Assembly: GCF_000092465.1 (NCBI RefSeq)
Contig: NC_014205.1
Span: 150,001-182,000, forward strand
Length of the DNA: 32,000 bases
Direction of reading: 5' to 3'
From: Staphylothermus hellenicus DSM 12710
GTDB taxonomy: Archaea > Thermoproteota > Thermoprotei_A > Sulfolobales > Desulfurococcaceae
The notes beneath the pieces were generated by a model that searched no databases, was not told the origin of the DNA, and worked only from the letters and a program-made list of their open reading frames with translations. Of this stretch, positions 27,701-32,000 are shown one piece after another (the first letter of the stretch is position 1; the number at the start of each line of letters is the position of its first letter). The position numbers and the translations under genes are program-made.

Positions 27701-28127
27701 GCGATCCCCCCTCTAATGGCTTTATCGGGCTCGGAGCTAATCTAGAATCCTTACCATATATAACTACTACTTCAACACCCTTAACATTCCTATATAACTT
27801 ATAGACTTCATCTGAGAGGAGATACGTGTAGCTTGGATTTAAAACAGCGTGATAAATAGTTAGTAATGTATGTGTCTTACCTCCGCCGAAAAAAGCTATT
27901 ATTGGATAAACCTTACGTCCCTTCCCCTCAGTTAGAGTATTCCCTATCTCCGATAGAATAGTCTTCATACTATCCGTAAGATATGTTCTTTCAAAAAACT
28001 CTCTGGGATCCATATATATTCTAGGAGCCGTACCATAAACAACCTCATAGATCTCAGGCGCTAGTTTCTCGTCAAAACTAGGATCTAGAACATCCTCCCT
28101 TACAGAAACATGTTGTTTAAAACCCAA
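24708..28127 (-). CDS. Large P-loop ATPase, DUF499/COG1483-like
   Basis: 1139 aa. The N-terminal ...YGTAPRIYMDPREFFERTYLTDSMKTIL...VYPIIAFFGGGKTHTLLTIYHAV matches the DUF499 N-terminal and Walker A signature as I recall it. Walker B-like VVILVDEILDY follows. Confidence 0.75.
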   Translation of the reverse strand: MGFKQHVSVREDVLDPSFDEKLAPEIYEVVYGTAPRIYMDPREFFERTYLTDSMKTILSEIGNTLTEGKGRKVYPIIAFFGGGKTHTLLTIYHAVLNPSYTYLLSDEVYKLYRNVKGVEVVVIYGKDSRLAPSPIKPLEGGSRKIKTLWGYLADRLKRYELVERDDKNETCPDQSVLKKLLQGRKVVILVDEILDYIDSILSSKYKNKEGYVSEVVRFFDRLAQAVESTNNVLVITIAAEKKPGGIEPQPRYKRISEFVRDLLDALLRVAGNVYAPISRSTELFNVVKKRLFSEVRVDEAKNEIRKLISTYNEFKEVFGDTSKLREDIKKTYPFHPSYISVLREIAERVTGNRTRFLMRISRLLLRKLLRSNEDPVLIMPWHIDPVELGVEGLFFMGDYSDYQRIYADEIVALDNKIPKESERKNLIKIILRTIFLSTYPYDSLKAEPVFPTSKEIVQMVYEPKFFESNRYKPVDIVDALSEIKISNYTVFLHYDESTDRYWYSRIASIKEWIRREAKKILEENRSHVENLLMENIHKLMTSRLIEVGRAREASVYSMERFRYAEIFDAKNISVYRYASEAEVPDSSSYKLVAILYNKPKEIEELIYKFRGIERTHANTVVAVTISTKDKLESLLEYQALLRAAEIIMDRINELYSGYAKEIKDIERSIASYQKRMIENILLTNILNFFDQIYYPAVKDSRRIVEKTYATSSDKSISEKVVSALSSPSIGKIVRSLNFESLKTYLSKVEIEIKPGRKISVGDVINVFKTRPELPMVREDRIKDAIKEGVLNLEIALIDEFNRRYFKRIYSPNDITSFTDKDRGEEPTRIQESFIIMHWRDALKEILEEIKSDIEENDGTRIDNGILKLNYYVVYRNKRYSIKDIEKFPDWEIILRDGFIVKEEKILKTGINLVVEPSYIEISPDESVDVRIEAQPLGDYGGNVKITVSSDAVTDHGVLEGQVPFKTWIKINGSRIRQQTLITIRAIDDNGNSYEEIITVKPKTSVIDIHEPGVLEEGDVLISIKSSISNKNYRDILELINKLTELLSKPDEKVFIVNKMELHVKSREYGVSDVLFKQADPAIVYDVVSELLESMGSNIFVEGSFEAEFPKEITINSTLKRILDKYIRYADIIVTIVRRK

Positions 28128-28158
28128 GGCTTTTATCCCCCTATCATATATATTTTAT

Positions 28159-31100
28159 TTACTTTATGTAGTTATCAATCGTTCTATAACTAGGCTTAGC
28201 CGGGCCACATTTAACCCCCATATATTCAAGTATTCTCATAGAAAGTTGCTGCTCTGGATCGCCTTCGAAATAGCTGCAGATAACATATGCTATACCCTTA
28301 GCTTCATTAATAAAGCTAGGCCCACCTGGTTGTTCTTGAAGCTTCGAAACAAGTTTCTCAAATGTGCTTTTATCATATTTAGAAGCATAGTATTCGAGAA
28401 CGTGAAGTGCATCAATACTGTTAGTTATCCTAGGCTTATCCGGATTAATTCCTCTACGCTTCTCCAAGAAAATCCTCAACTTACTGGGTTCAATACTTAG
28501 TGGCGAATTCAATACATACTCTTTTCTACTAGTAGATGCCGCTCGCTTCTCAATCACTATCCTCTTCTTAACCATATCACCCACGTTTATACCTGAAGCA
28601 ATAGATAATATAGTTATACTGCTAGCATCCAGTTTCTTCTCCTTAGAAAGAAGTTTACGAGCAGTCTCAGGATCTCTTAAGAACACTAGCTTGAATAAGA
28701 GATAGAATAGAGCTTCTGGAGAACTAACATTGAACGTAGACATACCAACCAAGTAATCTATTAATCCGCGAGCAGCGGCAGGAAACACTATTTCACGTAT
28801 AATTCTGCCAACAGACTCAATACCTCCCTCGTTATCCTTAATCCCCAAGAAGCTACTAAGCTTATCCCTCTTCTCAGGAAACACTATTTTATCATAGCTT
28901 GTTGCAACTTCTAAAACCCTGCCCATCACGCCTATGAAAGCATCTAATCCTCTATGTTGTTTCCAAACATCCCCTGCGTAGCTTTTAGCAGCTTCCACCG
29001 CTTCGCGATATACATCGCTGAAAACACCTACTCGATCACTATGAGATCTTTTTCTCCAAACAATTACCAAGCTAGTATCTAAGCTACGCTTACCCCTCTT
29101 AACAATAGATTGTTTACTCTCTGTATCAAGAGGCCATGTAGCAGTTATCTTAAAGCCTCCTCGAGCCCATCCAGCCCACAATAGATCTCTCCAAGCATCA
29201 GGATCAGTATGATTATAATATGTAACAAGTAATCCATCATCCTTCAAGTGCTCCCTCATAGCTATGAAAGAATCACCGAGAAGCTCTAAGTAGCGTTCAT
29301 AAGCATATTTTTTAGCATCCTGATTATTTCCAACATAATCCCTGTAGCGTCCAGGATTAAAACTAGCCTCACGCTTAGCAAAAGATTCCCACTGAGTGCT
29401 AATAGGCTTCCAAACAGCACCAACACGCCTAAAAAACAGGTCCTGGTGAAACCTCGGAGCAAGCCTACCATTCTCAACATCACTCAAAGCACGCTTCAAC
29501 CAAATGAAATAAAAATCACTAAGCTCAGCATAAGGAACATCATCACGATAAGGAGGATCAGTAACGATCAAATCAAACTTCTCATCAGAGGCTACATTGT
29601 TAAACACAGCAGCATCATCCAGCAAAACGTCAACCCTATACTTATTACTAGGAATAACTGAAACGAGGTACAACAAGCTCCTAATAAGAGCATTTAATGA
29701 CCTACTCCAAGATCCAGCAAGGTTGTTAATGGGTCTAGCATCCACCCAATTCCAACTCATAGCTATACCTCTTACCGACATGCTCGATGCGATCTTGAAC
29801 CATGTACTATCCCATATATTAACTATAGAATTCAAATATACGAGCTTACATAACGCTATTGCTAAGTATGTTGTTACTGCTTCTGCGTACCTGAATGCCT
29901 CTTCCCTGGTCCAGCCTTTTTTTAGCTTTTCTTCCTCTATTTTCTTGCCAACTTCTCGTATTAGCTTGACTATTTTGATTAAGGTTAGGAGTTGTCGTGG
30001 ATTAAATAGCTTATAGAATTTATCAATACCCCATACAATTGTATGATAGGTGGATGAACAGTATGGCTCTATTGGCTCAGTTGGTAGGTCTGGGTCTTTC
30101 CATATTTGTTTTAGTTTTTCTAGTGCTTTCCATAGTTTTTCTTGGTCTTCTTGTGTTGCCGGTGCGAATTCTATTTCTTTACCCCTAGTTTTTACCTTGA
30201 CTAGTATTCTGGGTCTTGCAGGTGCTTTTTTGAGTTCTTCTAGGCTTGTTTCTCCGGACAAGTATTTTTCGAGGAGTGTGTTCCATTGTTTTAGAGCATA
30301 TTTGGGGTAGAATATGACTTTTTTTCTGAGTGATGAGGGTAGGTTTGATTTTTCGGGATAGTGTTGTCCGGTTTCTGGGTTTATGTATCCTATTTTGTTT
30401 TTGCAGTATAGGCATGTTGCTTTCTCTCTTCTCGCATCAATGTTTTTCTCTGGGACTTCGAGCTCTATGGTTTGTTTTCCTCTAGGTATGATTATTTTGT
30501 TTGATTTAATCTTATCTTTGTCAAGGAAGGGGATTTTGTATTCTTTATTTATATCTACTACCTCAATATCTACTCTATCGTTTCTTTTCACTGGCTTCAT
30601 ATAGGCTATTCTAGTATACTTATTATTTTTCTTCACTCTTGCCAGCCAATAGTTTCCTATTAGTGGTGTATATCTTTTACACCGGGGGCATTGAATCTCC
30701 CATGTTCCTATGTATATTGCTGTATCCTCGTCGTATAGTTCTTTTAGATCCTGATCATTTTTTAATTGTTCAATAATCCATTTACCATATTTTTCCACAT
30801 CTTTAACTAAATTTTTCCATTTAGGATCGCTAACTGCTTTTAGAGGATATTCTAGGACTGCTTTCAAGAATACGGCTGCTGTTGGTAATAGTTCTACTGC
30901 TATTACTTTTCCCACGCCTAGTCTTAGTGCTTCTAGGGGTATTGAGCCGAAGCCAGCGAATGGATCTAGCAGACTTGTTTCTTTAAACAATTTCTTTAAA
31001 CCAGCTAGTTCTCCTTGAAAAACCGGGTTAAACCTGTGCGGTGTTTTCTTGTCTAGTCTTAGAATGTATTGTTTAAATGCTTCTGGATCGATCTTGTCTG

Positions 31101-31170
31101 CTGGTATTATTGATCCCGCTATTACTGCTCTTGCTGTTATTAATGGTTTACGTGTCCACCAGAAAACCAT
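28159..31170 (-). CDS. Zn-ribbon-containing N6-adenine-type DNA methyltransferase, DUF1156/COG1743-like
   Basis: 1003 aa from the track ATG.
- DUF1156-type N-terminus: FWWTRKPLITARAVI.
- SAM motif I: LLDPFAGFGSIPLEALRLG.
- Zn ribbon: CPRC...CLYC.
- Motif IV: LIVTDPPYRDDVPY.
The frame stays open and family-like for 35 more codons upstream (to 31275) but has no canonical start there. Confidence 0.85.
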   Translation of the reverse strand: MVFWWTRKPLITARAVIAGSIIPADKIDPEAFKQYILRLDKKTPHRFNPVFQGELAGLKKLFKETSLLDPFAGFGSIPLEALRLGVGKVIAVELLPTAAVFLKAVLEYPLKAVSDPKWKNLVKDVEKYGKWIIEQLKNDQDLKELYDEDTAIYIGTWEIQCPRCKRYTPLIGNYWLARVKKNNKYTRIAYMKPVKRNDRVDIEVVDINKEYKIPFLDKDKIKSNKIIIPRGKQTIELEVPEKNIDARREKATCLYCKNKIGYINPETGQHYPEKSNLPSSLRKKVIFYPKYALKQWNTLLEKYLSGETSLEELKKAPARPRILVKVKTRGKEIEFAPATQEDQEKLWKALEKLKQIWKDPDLPTEPIEPYCSSTYHTIVWGIDKFYKLFNPRQLLTLIKIVKLIREVGKKIEEEKLKKGWTREEAFRYAEAVTTYLAIALCKLVYLNSIVNIWDSTWFKIASSMSVRGIAMSWNWVDARPINNLAGSWSRSLNALIRSLLYLVSVIPSNKYRVDVLLDDAAVFNNVASDEKFDLIVTDPPYRDDVPYAELSDFYFIWLKRALSDVENGRLAPRFHQDLFFRRVGAVWKPISTQWESFAKREASFNPGRYRDYVGNNQDAKKYAYERYLELLGDSFIAMREHLKDDGLLVTYYNHTDPDAWRDLLWAGWARGGFKITATWPLDTESKQSIVKRGKRSLDTSLVIVWRKRSHSDRVGVFSDVYREAVEAAKSYAGDVWKQHRGLDAFIGVMGRVLEVATSYDKIVFPEKRDKLSSFLGIKDNEGGIESVGRIIREIVFPAAARGLIDYLVGMSTFNVSSPEALFYLLFKLVFLRDPETARKLLSKEKKLDASSITILSIASGINVGDMVKKRIVIEKRAASTSRKEYVLNSPLSIEPSKLRIFLEKRRGINPDKPRITNSIDALHVLEYYASKYDKSTFEKLVSKLQEQPGGPSFINEAKGIAYVICSYFEGDPEQQLSMRILEYMGVKCGPAKPSYRTIDNYIK

Positions 31171-31364
31171 TTCCCAGTATGGGGGTCTGCCTGGTCCTTT
31201 TTCAGAGATGGCTTTTTCTGAGATCTCGATGCTTGGAAAGGATGGGGTCTCTATTAGTTTCTTTTCCAGAATACCTCACCTATTACAGTGTTTTCTTTCT
31301 ATAATTTTTATATTCTGCCTTATAGGTAAATACTTTTCTCGGAAAACCCTATTAGGGCTTTATT

Positions 31365-32000
31365 GTGTTCTTTGGTGATCCTGTTTTGGATCCGTGGAAA
31401 AATATGCCTGTTCACAGAATATTTTCGTTTGTAGAGCATGGTTTATTGCCTGGTATTGTTGACGAGTTTTTCGTTCTAGCTGAGGAGATTGGTTGTAGCC
31501 TAATAGTTGATCCCTTTATTGGTGGAGGAGTTGTTACTGCTGAAAGTATTCGTAGAGGCTTCAAAAGAGAAGATATTGGCTAGATTCCTAGAAATACTTT
31601 AGGAAACAACTAAGCCATATATTCCTACACTGAGAGGCTGAAAAAAATATTATGTTCCAGAACACTTGGAAAAATAGGATTGATTAGGGCAGTAGTTGAG
31701 AATATAAAAGGTGATCTCAAATCATTACTGCTAACGGTGCTTGGGAGAATAGCTGATGAATATTCCCTTCTCAAAAGAACCCCTGCTCCAAGATTTAAGG
31801 GGGAGCCTCCTAGAAGTGATCCTGTAGAAAAATATGTTGAGATACTAGAAGAAGCTCTAAATGATCTAACCAAGGCTGAACCCAGGGGTTCAGCTATATT
31901 ATTACTAGCTGATTCTACCGAATGGCTTCCCGAACACATATGTGGATTACTAACCAGCCCCCCATTCGCAAACAATATTGACTATATAAGGCATACACAG
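31365..32000 (+). pseudogene. Second DNA methyltransferase (motif I DPFIGGG, motif IV SPPF) interrupted by two in-frame stops; continues past the right edge
   Basis: Track ORF 31365..31583 ends ...LIVDPFIGGGVVTAESIRRGFKREDIG*. The same frame continues IPRNTLGNN* (TAG 31581-31583, TAA 31611-31613). It then stays open to the window end: AIYSYTERL...PAPRFKGEPPRSDPVEKYVEILEEALNDL...ICGLLTSPPFANNIDYIRHTQ. It is divergent from the DUF1156-like gene. Confidence 0.55.

Noticed and set aside
25528-30604. Plus-strand track ORFs inside the defence operon (25528..25899, 27123..27329, 28246..28500, 29446..29661, 29597..30016, 30050..30310, 30383..30604).
   Set aside because: All are antisense shadows of long, motif-bearing minus-strand genes. 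Their Ser/Leu/Ile-rich low-complexity translations are typical of AT-rich antisense frames.
31625-31975. Track ORF of 116 aa on the minus strand.
   Set aside because: The plus-strand frame over the same region carries a methyltransferase motif IV (SPPF) and is continuous with the motif I ORF. The minus ORF is a shadow.

Overview
AT-rich archaeal chromosome segment. It looks crenarchaeal (Desulfurococcales/Sulfolobales-like): eL42/eS27 ribosomal genes, CDP-archaeol synthase, an intron-containing tRNA, and 25-nt CRISPR repeats ending in ATTGAAAG. All family calls below come from motifs read by eye; no searches were run.

Left third (1-7054): housekeeping genes.
- An edge-truncated IS605 OrfB-like gene.
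- A tight three-gene operon for the archaeal mevalonate branch (UbiD-like decarboxylase plus AcnX large and small subunits).
- A Clp1-type kinase, a RecA-fold ATPase, carS, rpl44e, rps27e and tRNA-Leu.

Middle (7055-17329): accessory or decayed sequence.
- A multiply frameshifted tyrosine recombinase next to tRNA-Leu.
- An SDR and a P-loop protein.
- An nfeD-stomatin operon whose centre is replaced by a G+C-rich, hairpin-dense candidate ncRNA.
- tRNA-Ser (with intron) and tRNA-Arg.
- A four-gene cluster of secreted and membrane proteins built around an S26B signal peptidase.

Right part (17628-32000): defence-island-like.
- Two homologous CRISPR leaders in inverted orientation, each followed by a vestigial array (1 repeat; 2 repeats plus 1 spacer).
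- The leaders bracket not cas genes but an HhH-GPD/Fe-S glycosylase-like gene coupled to a YaaA/DUF6884-like gene, plus a membrane-anchored protein.
- Directly abutting this is a 10-kb five-gene operon: Zn-ribbon DPPY methyltransferase, DUF499-like giant P-loop protein, small protein, McrB-like and McrC-like.
- A divergent second methyltransferase carries two in-frame stops.

The operon and the leader-flanked cassette are the best candidates for an undescribed system.
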